Source of the DNA: a virus
Reading direction: 5' to 3' (one strand)
IMG/VR virus record: IMGVR_UViG_3300042922_000295
Coordinates: 1-64,000 of that record
DNA length: 64,000 nt
Shown: positions 9,281 through 17,737 of the stretch, in pieces
Layout of the letters: each line of letters begins with the position of its first letter
How positions within the stretch are numbered: position 1 is the first letter of the stretch
Translations under genes and position numbers: made by a program
Notes under the pieces: generated by a model
What the model was told of the DNA's origin: nothing
The model's input: the letters and a program-made list of their open reading frames with translations, nothing else
Database searches by the model: none

Positions 9281-9553
9281 CTAGTCGCGTGCCTCGTCGT
9301 GCGCGTCGTCGGACTCGTCCACCATGTCCGCGTAGTGAGCTCGCGTCGCCGTGATCGTCACCTCGTAGTCGGCCGACCATGAGTCCACGCATTCCACGCA
9401 CACAGTCACCGTGTGCTCGCACGTCGTCGGCGCGATGAGAGTTGTGTTGAAAGGTGCGGCCGGTTCGTTCGTCCAGGTGACCCCACCATCGCGTGACACC
9501 CGGTTGTCGCGGATGATGAGTCGCACGTTGTCGCCCGTGTTGAAGGTCATCAT
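9281..9553 (-). CDS. Hypothetical protein with TCEH-x4-C-x2-C module
   Basis: MMTFNTGDNVRL start; upstream TGG-TACGAT extended -10 candidate; own terminator. Confidence 0.65.
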   Translation of the reverse strand: MMTFNTGDNVRLIIRDNRVSRDGGVTWTNEPAAPFNTTLIAPTTCEHTVTVCVECVDSWSADYEVTITATRAHYADMVDESDDAHDEARD

Positions 9554-9750
9554 GAGTCCAATCAATGTGTCGGGTGCGCTAGATTCCCTAGCGCTATGAA
9601 TATCGTACCACAAATGGTCACACTTTGTATTCTGGGTAATGCTGGGAATCCCAGAGAAATGCAGCATTTCAAGTGAAATGAGATATGCCTTTGTATGTGG
9701 CATCCGACTATGAATTGCCTGTGGAAATGGTCACCTGACGAACAAAGGTT

Positions 9751-9759
9751 TGATAGAAT
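9751..9759 (+). promoter_or_regulatory. Extended -10 promoter candidate for rightward early arm
   Basis: TGA-TAGAAT in an AT-richer intergenic region. Confidence 0.5.
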
Positions 9760-9824
9760 GGTCTCGTGCCCGCAACGGGCGCGGATTCGGCAGTCGGACA
9801 CTTTGACCCCATACGGGAGGCATC

Positions 9825-10445
9825 ATGAAGATCAGGGCTTTCAACCTGGTTCCGGGCGCAGTCATCTATGGCCCGAACGAGGAGCCGCGAGTCGTCCACT
9901 CGGTTCACCGCAACGTGGACAACGAGTCGGTCACCCTGTGGTTCGTCGGCATCCTGCGGGCGGCACAGTTCGACTTCAACGAGGACCTGTCCCTCATGGG
10001 CCTGACGCCGCACTACGACGACTGGACGCACGTCGAGACCGACTTCGGCACCGACGCGGGCGACGCCTACGCGAAGGCGCAGATGGCTATGCACAACCCT
10101 GCAGACGACGACGAGGGCGTCCCGTTCGCGAAGTACACGTCAGACGAGCTGTGGGGCCAGGTCCAGTCGGACTACGAGGCGCTCGGTCGGGACGGCGTGG
10201 AGATGCTGCTGGACGAGATCCTGTCCCGCAACCCGCAGTACTTCGACAGGACGGTCCCGGCCGGGTCGCTCGAAGTCGGGACGAAGTTCCGGTTCGCCGA
10301 CAAGCGCGAGTGGTACTACACCGGTAGCAACCAGGACTACACAGTCAAGGAGCACTTCGGCGGTCGTACCACCTTCGACACCCAGACCGGCCAGGGCTCA
10401 GTCCCCAGCGAGTTCCTCGTCCGCATCGTCTCCACGGAGGTCTGA
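9825..10445 (+). CDS. Hypothetical protein
   Basis: GGGAGG RBS, strong GC3 bias. Confidence 0.85.
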   Translation: MKIRAFNLVPGAVIYGPNEEPRVVHSVHRNVDNESVTLWFVGILRAAQFDFNEDLSLMGLTPHYDDWTHVETDFGTDAGDAYAKAQMAMHNPADDDEGVPFAKYTSDELWGQVQSDYEALGRDGVEMLLDEILSRNPQYFDRTVPAGSLEVGTKFRFADKREWYYTGSNQDYTVKEHFGGRTTFDTQTGQGSVPSEFLVRIVSTEV

Positions 10446-10448
10446 ACC

Positions 10449-10916
10449 GTGACGATCCACCAGTTCACCTCGAACGACGCACCGCACCTCGGAGTCATGC
10501 GCTTCTTCGGGCAGCACGTCGGTGTGCAGATTCGCCTGAAGCCGTACGACCGTGCACTGATGGTCCGTATCGACGACGAGGAGGGCACGGCAAGCCTCCT
10601 GGTCGAGACGTACATCGTCCGCGAAGGGGCGCGCAAGACGACGTTCCTCAAGCGCGGGAAGCGCCTGTACGGATTCAAGATGACGGCCGGTGGAGGCTAC
10701 CGTCCAGTCGGTGAGCCTATGGTGATCTGGGATGACGACTTCACCATCACCGAAGAGGTCCCCTGGGGATCGTCGCAGACGACCCGGGAGCGCAACGAGA
10801 AGCGTGAGTGGGAGGGTATGGCGTACCGAGTCGGCGCGCCCCGCGCCCCCATGGACAACGCTGCACGTGTGGCTGAAGGTCACACCACCGACGCAATGGC
10901 ACGTCACTGGCGCTAG
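10449..10916 (+). CDS. Hypothetical protein
   Basis: GGAGG RBS, GC3 bias. Confidence 0.8.
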   Translation: MTIHQFTSNDAPHLGVMRFFGQHVGVQIRLKPYDRALMVRIDDEEGTASLLVETYIVREGARKTTFLKRGKRLYGFKMTAGGGYRPVGEPMVIWDDDFTITEEVPWGSSQTTRERNEKREWEGMAYRVGAPRAPMDNAARVAEGHTTDAMARHWR

Positions 10917-10968
10917 ACGCGCCGACTAGCCTAGTGCTAGTCAGACCCCGAGAGGGAGGCTGGACAAG

Positions 10969-11151
10969 ATGTTCAAGATTCGTCGCCGCTCGTACATCAG
11001 GTGCTCATGCGGCAAGAAGTTCTACATCAGTGACACCTGCCCGATGGCCGGAGCACAGTCGCTCGCCATCCTGCACGTCGTCGCCTGGCACGCGTGGCAG
11101 CCGACCGAGGCACCCGCGATTCTGACCACGAAGGAGTTTCACCGTGCGTGA
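10969..11151 (+). CDS. Small zinc-finger-like protein
   Basis: CSCG...H-x4-H; RBS. Confidence 0.7.
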   Translation: MFKIRRRSYIRCSCGKKFYISDTCPMAGAQSLAILHVVAWHAWQPTEAPAILTTKEFHRA

Positions 11152-11581
11152 CATCACCGAGCCGGACTGGCCGAACCTGCCCCACGCCGTCAAGATCGAG
11201 TCCTACTACGCTCACACCGGGACGAACAAGGCGATCGAGAAGGTGTTCGACACCGAGGCCGAGGCCATCGCCTTCGCCCGGCTCGTCACGCCCGAGGAGC
11301 TGCGCCCGCAGGCCGAGGCGTGCCGCTACGACGAGGTCATGTGGCAGTCGTGCCACATGGAGTGGTGCGTGTCGATCAGCCTGCACCTGCCCAGCATCGT
11401 GGACGAGCCGCGACGGGTCGACCGCAAGTCGCTCGGATACCGGATCGGCTACTTCCTCGGTGAGCGGTGCGCCTACGTCGCCGCATGGATCGGTGACAAG
11501 TTGGCGCCCGAGCTGCCCGCCGGTCACCCGGAGTTCAACTCGCGCCTCGACATCCGCGACGCCGAGGCACACGGCAAGTAG
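11144..11581 (+). CDS. Hypothetical protein
   Basis: AAGGAG RBS, coupled. Confidence 0.8.
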   Translation: MRDITEPDWPNLPHAVKIESYYAHTGTNKAIEKVFDTEAEAIAFARLVTPEELRPQAEACRYDEVMWQSCHMEWCVSISLHLPSIVDEPRRVDRKSLGYRIGYFLGERCAYVAAWIGDKLAPELPAGHPEFNSRLDIRDAEAHGK

Positions 11582-11667
11582 TCACGCCAGGTCCGCCACC
11601 AGTCACATGATTGGTGGCGGGCCTAGTCTGACTAACAGGCTACCGACCCCGACATGGGAGGCTTCAA

Positions 11668-12036
11668 ATGAGCAACACGTACGCGTCACAGCAGGCTGCG
11701 CGCAACATCGGCGGTGTCATCGGCCGAGCGCTGGTCCGAGCGCTCCGCATCCAGTCCGAGATCAAGGGCGACAACACGTCCGCCGTCCTCGCCACCATGC
11801 GCAGGCGTGACGTCGAGCGCGGTCGAGTCGAGGGCGCCCGCACGGTCGCGGTCTGCCTCGCGTACCAGTTCGGGCTCGACGATGGCGCCTTCGACGCCGA
11901 CGAGTTCTACCAGCTCGTCCTCGACGAGGCGTACCGAGCCTACCGGGGAGAGTGGGACAAGGCGCCGGAGGGGACCACCAACTTCTACCGCACCTGGGTG
12001 TTCGACCAGCCCTGGGCCAGCTTCGGCAACCTCTGA
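11668..12036 (+). CDS. Hypothetical protein
   Basis: GGGAGG RBS. Confidence 0.8.
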   Translation: MSNTYASQQAARNIGGVIGRALVRALRIQSEIKGDNTSAVLATMRRRDVERGRVEGARTVAVCLAYQFGLDDGAFDADEFYQLVLDEAYRAYRGEWDKAPEGTTNFYRTWVFDQPWASFGNL

Positions 12037-12055
12037 TCGGGAAGGCTAACTCATC

Positions 12056-12346
12056 ATGAAGGCTCACATGCGCCTCACCGACCGCGAGCGCCAGTACCCG
12101 TTCCCCGAGCTCATCCAGGAGTGCCACGTCCCGGCCGGAGGCTACGACCAGATCAAGGCCAACTTCCCGGAGGTCAGGTCGACACCGCACGACCTGGGTA
12201 ACTTCTTCAGCTCGGCGCGCCGCTACCGAGCGATGTTCGAGTCCATCAACCGCGCCGCGAAGTTGGAGCGCGAGTGGAACGAGCGTCACGCGCACGACAT
12301 GACACCCGGGGCGCGCACGCGGGGCGCCCTCATCGAGGTTGTCTAG
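12056..12346 (+). CDS. Hypothetical protein
   Basis: GC3 bias. Confidence 0.75.
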   Translation: MKAHMRLTDRERQYPFPELIQECHVPAGGYDQIKANFPEVRSTPHDLGNFFSSARRYRAMFESINRAAKLEREWNERHAHDMTPGARTRGALIEVV

Positions 12347-12429
12347 GCGCCCCGTAGGCGCCCGCTAGACACGTCCGGGTGCCACACACCCTGGCGACCT
12401 AGGCGCCCCGCACGCGGGCGCACACACAA

Positions 12430-12460
12430 CGGCCCGACTCGCACACCGCGAGTCGGGCCG
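12430..12460 (+). terminator. Stem-loop, probable terminator
   Basis: CGGCCCGACTCGC-loop-GCGAGTCGGGCCG. Confidence 0.6.
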
Positions 12461-12505
12461 CTCGTGCTGTACGCACAGTCCATGACCCAGATCACTGGAG
12501 GAACA

Positions 12506-13315
12506 ATGGGAAAGAAGTCACGAACCTGGGACGGCTTCTGGTCGGCCATCGAGTCGTACGTGATGGGCGCGACCATGCAGGGCAAGACGCTCTCCATGCA
12601 GCGCGCCAGGAACTTCTGGGACGACCTGGCCGACGAGCAGAAGCGTGACGCTGTCGAGGCGCTGCGCTACAAGAAGCAGAACAACAGTCAGTACCCGTCC
12701 GCGTACACCGAGATCTGGGTGGCCCTCTCGGGTTACGACCCCGAGCCGTTCAAGGACCCCGAGCTGCAGACCGGCCTGCCGACGCTCACGCACCCGGCCG
12801 ACTTCCCTCCCGGGGAGCGCTACCGGATCACGCTCACGAAGGTGAACACGAGCTGGCACTACGTGGTCGACAACCACAAGGGTCACGCCATCGCAGCCGA
12901 CAACCAGCCGACGGCGAGCGCGGCCGTCGTCGCCTCTTCGCAGGCGATGTTCGCGGACATCAACAGCCACACGACACCGCCTCGCAAGGTCTACAACTTC
13001 GTCCTCTACGACCCCGCCGGGCAGATCATCGGCAAGTCGCACGCGGTCGACATCGACGACCCGCAGACGATGATGTCCAACGTCATCAAGTACCTCGGTA
13101 AGCGCTACAACGAGGGGCCTGGCCAGGAGATCATCGAGGCGGGCGCCGGACTCAAGTTCAGGGAGTTCGACGCCGCCAACGACGAGGAGGGGGCCATCAT
13201 CCACGCCATCGAGATCGAACAGGACACCGTCCAGTTCGACAACACCTTCAACGAGTACATCTGGCCCGCCGAATCCAGCACCCGGCGCCAGGTGTTCCAG
13301 TTCACCCTGCTGTGA
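12506..13315 (+). CDS. Hypothetical protein
   Basis: GGAGG RBS before ATG 12506. Confidence 0.85.
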   Translation: MGKKSRTWDGFWSAIESYVMGATMQGKTLSMQRARNFWDDLADEQKRDAVEALRYKKQNNSQYPSAYTEIWVALSGYDPEPFKDPELQTGLPTLTHPADFPPGERYRITLTKVNTSWHYVVDNHKGHAIAADNQPTASAAVVASSQAMFADINSHTTPPRKVYNFVLYDPAGQIIGKSHAVDIDDPQTMMSNVIKYLGKRYNEGPGQEIIEAGAGLKFREFDAANDEEGAIIHAIEIEQDTVQFDNTFNEYIWPAESSTRRQVFQFTLL

Positions 13316-13322
13316 GGTCACC

Positions 13323-13670
13323 ATGAGCATCACCTACGCCATTCCCAACGAGCCGGGCAACAACGACACGGTCGTTCGCACCGAAGTGAAGATCTGGTGC
13401 TCAACCGGGCACCTGGTCACCCAGCGTTCAGTGCGCACCATCGCTGAGTACTTCGCGGAGACCGGGGATGCCATGGACACGCTTGCCAGGTGCAAGCCTG
13501 TCGAGCTGGACGCGGTCATCTTCCGGTGCCTCACCATCATGCGAGGTCCGATGGTCGGCGTCGACGAGCAGATGCGCCTCATGGCACTGCTCGCATGGAC
13601 GGCGAACCGGTATGCACGCGAGGCGCAGTTGTTCGAGCTGCGCAGACGTGCTGCCATGAAGCCGCACTAG
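13323..13670 (+). CDS. Hypothetical protein
   Basis: GAGG RBS. Confidence 0.75.
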   Translation: MSITYAIPNEPGNNDTVVRTEVKIWCSTGHLVTQRSVRTIAEYFAETGDAMDTLARCKPVELDAVIFRCLTIMRGPMVGVDEQMRLMALLAWTANRYAREAQLFELRRRAAMKPH

Positions 13671-13807
13671 ACCTGGAAAAAACGCTGACGTTCCAGGTGG
13701 AAACACTCACGGCTACGTGGTAAGCTCGACGTAGTCGAAACGGCACCATTGCGCCCACCGACGACTGACCCGCCCGGGTCAGTCGAGACCCGTCACGGAG
13801 GAAAGAC

Positions 13808-13957
13808 ATGTACGTCAGCAACGAGGTCATGGAGTTCGGAGTCGCCACCTTCTCGGTCATCGGCCTCCTGTGGTCGGCCAAGGTGGTCGCGGTGTACGTC
13901 ACCAACAAGGTCACCGACACGATCGACTGGTTCCGGGCTCGTCGCACGGCGCAGTAG
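13808..13957 (+). CDS. Small single-TM protein (49 aa, not in ORF track)
   Basis: GGAGG RBS; MYVSNEVMEFGVATFSVIGLLWSAKVVAVYV... Confidence 0.7.
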   Translation: MYVSNEVMEFGVATFSVIGLLWSAKVVAVYVTNKVTDTIDWFRARRTAQ

Positions 13958-13968
13958 TTCCCACAGTG

Positions 13969-14007
13969 GCGCCCCGGTCAGGTGAGTTACAACCCTGACC
14001 GGGGCGC
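13969..14007 (+). terminator. Stem-loop, probable terminator
   Basis: GCGCCCCGGTCAGG / CCTGACCGGGGCGC. Confidence 0.65.
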
Positions 14008-14052
14008 ACTGCAACCGATAACGAATCACCCTGATTCAGGGTGGGATACGTA

Positions 14053-14081
14053 TTGACTCCGCCTAGGTTGCATGACACGCT
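14053..14081 (+). promoter_or_regulatory. SigA-like promoter candidate
   Basis: TTGACT-17 bp-CACGCT. Confidence 0.45.
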
Positions 14082-14159
14082 GAGTTTCATGCCACCCAGG
14101 GACGGTCAATCCGACAACCGTTCCCCACGACCGGACCGACACACAGGGAGTTGAGCATC

Positions 14160-15122
14160 ATGGCACGACGCAAGGCAACCGAGACCCCGGAGACGACCGA
14201 GGTCCAGAGCACGGAGGAGAACACCGTGAGCACCGACACCACCACCGAGGCGCCCGTCGAGGCCGTCGCGGACGCGCCGGAGACGGACGCGCCCGAGGCG
14301 CCCGAGTACGACCTCACCGACTTCCAGGCCGCGCTGAAGCAGGCGCTGGAGGTCCGCGACGAGACGACCGGCGTCGTCCCCGAGGCGAACGTCAGCGAGG
14401 TCGTCGTCGCGTACCGCCAGATCAAGGGCGCGGCGGGCAAGCGCGCCGCCAAGGAGATCGTCGACGAGGCGATGAAGGAGGCGATGCGCGAGGCGAACCT
14501 GTCCGTCGCCCGTGCCAACCTCTCCATCAGCGAGAAGCTCGTCGCCGGTCCGTCCGGCGGCGGCTCGTCCAAGTCGTCCACGCCCCGCGAGCCGGTCGAC
14601 CCGACCGAGGCGTTCGTCGAGCTCGCGGCCGGTCTGCGGCTCGCCACGACGCTCGTCGGCAACACCGCGCCCGAGGGTGTCGCCGAGGACTGGCAGGAGA
14701 AGGCGAAGGAGAAGGTCGACGACGCCTTCGGCGACGCCGAGACGTTCCTCGCCTGGCTCCAGAGCGAGGACGAGGGCAAGGGCGACGAGCCCGAGGTCCC
14801 CGCCTTCGTGAAGGCGGCGGTCAAGCTCGCCCTCGGCAAGTCGGCCCGCGTGGGCACGGCTCGGGCGCGTGCCACGGGCGGCGGCTACTCGGGCGAGCGC
14901 CGCGACGTCGCGAAGCACATCCAGTCGGCCTTCGCCGACGTGGCCGAGGGCACGTTCCTCGCGGTCGCGGAGATCAGGAACCACAAGTCGGAGGAGTACG
15001 GCAACGACGCCCCGAGCGCCGGTGCCATCTCCGCCCGCCTGTTCCCCCGCAACGGCAAGGTCACGATCGAGGGCGTCGAGCCCGCGACGCAGAACGGCAA
15101 GAAGGGCGCCGTCAAGGCCTGA
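14160..15122 (+). CDS. Putative DNA-binding protein (acidic N-terminus, C-terminal winged-helix-like domain)
   Basis: Very strong codon bias; own promoter candidate and terminator; RRDVAKHIQSAF...PSAGAISARLF. Confidence 0.8.
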   Translation: MARRKATETPETTEVQSTEENTVSTDTTTEAPVEAVADAPETDAPEAPEYDLTDFQAALKQALEVRDETTGVVPEANVSEVVVAYRQIKGAAGKRAAKEIVDEAMKEAMREANLSVARANLSISEKLVAGPSGGGSSKSSTPREPVDPTEAFVELAAGLRLATTLVGNTAPEGVAEDWQEKAKEKVDDAFGDAETFLAWLQSEDEGKGDEPEVPAFVKAAVKLALGKSARVGTARARATGGGYSGERRDVAKHIQSAFADVAEGTFLAVAEIRNHKSEEYGNDAPSAGAISARLFPRNGKVTIEGVEPATQNGKKGAVKA

Positions 15123-15140
15123 CGTCGGCCTGCACGACCC

Positions 15141-15180
15141 GGCCCCGCACTCTCCCACACGGGAGGGTGCGGGGCCTTCG
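15141..15180 (+). terminator. Intrinsic terminator
   Basis: GGCCCCGCACTCTCCC-loop-GGGAGGGTGCGGGGCC-TTCG. Confidence 0.75.
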
Positions 15181-15220
15181 TGCTGTAGGGTACAGCACGA
15201 GTCACGGAAGGAGAGAGAAC

Positions 15221-15490
15221 ATGAGCACGAACCTCACGATCAACAACACGAACAACGGAGGCTTCCCTGGCTATCGGCCGGTGAAGAACGCGTGGGCCGT
15301 CTTCTGGCTCGACATGTTCTTCGGCTTCCTGGGCGTGCACCGCTTCTACCTGGGGCACGTCGGACTCGGCGTCCTGTACCTGTTCACCGTGGGCCTGTTC
15401 GGTATCGGTGCCATCGTCGACCTGTTCATCGCCTGGCGCATCACGCGCAAGGAGAACATGCGACGCGGCCACGGTCCCGTCACCCGCTGA
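15221..15490 (+). CDS. TM2-domain membrane protein
   Basis: FFGFLGVHRFYLGH...LYLFTVGLFGIGAIVDL is the TM2 signature. Confidence 0.9.
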   Translation: MSTNLTINNTNNGGFPGYRPVKNAWAVFWLDMFFGFLGVHRFYLGHVGLGVLYLFTVGLFGIGAIVDLFIAWRITRKENMRRGHGPVTR

Positions 15491-15526
15491 CTCCAACACC
15501 ACTGACCCCACACGGGAGGATTCACC

Positions 15527-15910
15527 ATGAGCCGCATCGACCGCGACCTGCAGACCTGGATCGAGCAGCGCGCCACGCAGGGCCACGTCAACGAGAAGAT
15601 CGGGCTGGCCATCGACGAGGCGCCGGAGTTCGACTACCTCGACCCGAGCGCCAACCTCTACGAGGTCGCGGGCACCTACGCGGGTGCCGTCGACTTCGAG
15701 GTCATCGTCACCGGTCCGTACGAGGTGAACGTCGCCGACTGGTGCGCCGAGTACTACGCCAAGACCAACCAGGAGACCGGCGACGGTGAGCCCTGGGAGA
15801 TCACGGTCACGCCGTACGTCAAGGACGACGAGACGGGTGAGTACTTCACGCACATGAGCAACGGCGACATGCCGACGTACAAGGTCACCGACGAGACCTG
15901 GAACGCCTGA
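15527..15910 (+). CDS. Acidic hypothetical protein
   Basis: GGGAGG RBS. Confidence 0.85.
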   Translation: MSRIDRDLQTWIEQRATQGHVNEKIGLAIDEAPEFDYLDPSANLYEVAGTYAGAVDFEVIVTGPYEVNVADWCAEYYAKTNQETGDGEPWEITVTPYVKDDETGEYFTHMSNGDMPTYKVTDETWNA

Positions 15911-16167
15911 TGGCACTCGGTGACGGGATCGTCCGCGCCATCGAGACGCCCAAGAACCGGCGTGACATCATCCCGGCAGGCACTCGCGAGGTGTCGGTCA
16001 CGCTCGCCACACTCGGCAAGCAGCGCATGCGAGTGATCGACCGAGGTATTGCCATCGTGACGAAGGAGTATGTTGCGAAGTGGGGCGAGGTGCCGTGGGA
16101 CCTGGCAAGCCTGCACTTCCACTTCGTCACGGTCCAGTGCGTCGTGGTGCTGGAGGTCCGGCCGTGA
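15910..16167 (+). CDS. Hypothetical protein
   Basis: TGATG coupling. Confidence 0.7.
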   Translation: MALGDGIVRAIETPKNRRDIIPAGTREVSVTLATLGKQRMRVIDRGIAIVTKEYVAKWGEVPWDLASLHFHFVTVQCVVVLEVRP

Positions 16168-16892
16168 CCTACACCTGCGGCGCGTGCAAGCGCCAGCACG
16201 CCGACCCGTACCAGGCGCGCATCTGTTACGGGCTCGCTTCGCCGTACCCGGCACCCATGGCTGCGCCGCACTACGACGGCCGCGACGAGCCTGGCTCGAT
16301 GTCGCCTCGTCAGGAGCGCGTACTCGTGGAGCAGTACGCCGCGACCCGTGACATGACGCACCCGCACGGCCGTCGCCTGTCCGTCAACGCAGCATCCAAG
16401 CTGATCACCGAGCTGAAGGAGAAGGCCGTGAGTGGCGAGCTCAAGCTTCCCGAAGAGGACCCGCGCCTCACCATGCTCAAGGGCATGTTCGACATGATCC
16501 CGAACGGCTACTTCGCGGTCGAGATGGGCGACGGTTCGCCGCTCAAGTTCTTCCGCATCTCGAAGCGGAAGGTCGGCCACCTCAAGGGCTGCCGTGTCAT
16601 CCAGACGCAGCACGGCGAGGCGTACACGACGCGCATCGTCGTGACCGAGGCGGGGCGCTGGTCGATCCGAGACGACATGATCCTCGACCACCTCATGCTC
16701 GTCGTGGTCGACTACCAGCACGCCGCCATGCGGTACGCCAAGGAGATCGGCAAGTGCGCCCGGTGCAACGCCGAGCTGACCGACGAGCGCAGTCGGTGGT
16801 ACGGCATCGGTCCCGAGTGCGAGAAGCACTGGCCCTGGTACATCGAGGCCGTGGACCTGGAGCACAACGGAGTTCCGTACCGTGCAGGGTAA
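16164..16892 (+). CDS. DUF6011-like zinc-ribbon protein
   Basis: CARCNAELTDERSRWYGIGPEC. Confidence 0.8.
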   Translation: MTYTCGACKRQHADPYQARICYGLASPYPAPMAAPHYDGRDEPGSMSPRQERVLVEQYAATRDMTHPHGRRLSVNAASKLITELKEKAVSGELKLPEEDPRLTMLKGMFDMIPNGYFAVEMGDGSPLKFFRISKRKVGHLKGCRVIQTQHGEAYTTRIVVTEAGRWSIRDDMILDHLMLVVVDYQHAAMRYAKEIGKCARCNAELTDERSRWYGIGPECEKHWPWYIEAVDLEHNGVPYRAG

Positions 16893-17319
16893 GACCAAGG
16901 CTGGGATCGTTGGTGCGGTCGTCCTGCTCGTTGCCGGTTTCGGCATCGGGCAGGGCGTCCAGCCCAAGGTCTACCAGCCTGAGCCACGAACCGAGGTCGT
17001 CGTCAAGTACATCGACCGCGTCGAGGAGGTGGAGGTCGAGGTTCCCGCCGAACTTCCCGCCGTCTGTATCGAGGCGATCGACGCCATGCACGCGCTCCGC
17101 CTGAACATGGAGAGCATCGACACCGCAGCAGGTGACATCCTGCTGGAGGGTGCAGCACTCCAGTCGGCCGCAGTGCAGAACGACGTCAACGGCATGGTCC
17201 TCTCGCAGGAGGCTATCCGTGAGAGCCTGTCCACACTGGACACCGGCACTGTCGAGAAGCTCGACCTCATCAACCACATCGATTCATCGCTTGAGCGCTG
17301 CGAGTCGGCTATCGGGTGA
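16882..17319 (+). CDS. Membrane-anchored or secreted protein
   Basis: N-terminal hydrophobic segment then helical region. Confidence 0.75.
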   Translation: MQGKTKAGIVGAVVLLVAGFGIGQGVQPKVYQPEPRTEVVVKYIDRVEEVEVEVPAELPAVCIEAIDAMHALRLNMESIDTAAGDILLEGAALQSAAVQNDVNGMVLSQEAIRESLSTLDTGTVEKLDLINHIDSSLERCESAIG

Positions 17320-17515
17320 CGCGTTCCCTCGTACGTACGCGCCCCGTAGGCGCCCGACCACGGCCGACCGCTACAGGATCACCCGTCCGGCCGTCCGCGC
17401 CCCGTGGCGCCCCGTGCGGGCGCCCGTGCGGACGGCCGTAGCGGGGCGCCCCCGTGGTCGGGCGCCCCCGCCCGTAGCGCTATGATGTACCTACCGAAGA
17501 AAGGAACGAGACCTC

Positions 17516-17731
17516 ATGAAGCACACGTGCCAATGGGTCACCGAAGATGACACTGTGTGCGGCGAGAGCGCCGAGCACGAGCAGCGCCTGCCCATCGCAT
17601 TGGGCGCGACCGGTGTCATCTTCTTGTGCGACGCGCACAAGGCGAAGTTCAACCAGCTGATGCGGAAGAACCGGCGACTCGCCGCCCGCGTCGGCTACAC
17701 CCGTGGTGACCGAGACCGTCGGAAGGACTAG
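17516..17731 (+). CDS. Small zinc-binding hypothetical protein
   Basis: AAGGA RBS; C..C..CxxH; TATGAT -10 candidate at 17481. Confidence 0.7.
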   Translation: MKHTCQWVTEDDTVCGESAEHEQRLPIALGATGVIFLCDAHKAKFNQLMRKNRRLAARVGYTRGDRDRRKD

Positions 17732-17737
17732 AGACCA

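Noticed and set aside
7762-9424. Invertible segment bounded by the inverted TCEH coding repeats
   Set aside because: The DNA copies are diverged throughout, consistent with protein-level paralogy rather than recombination sites.
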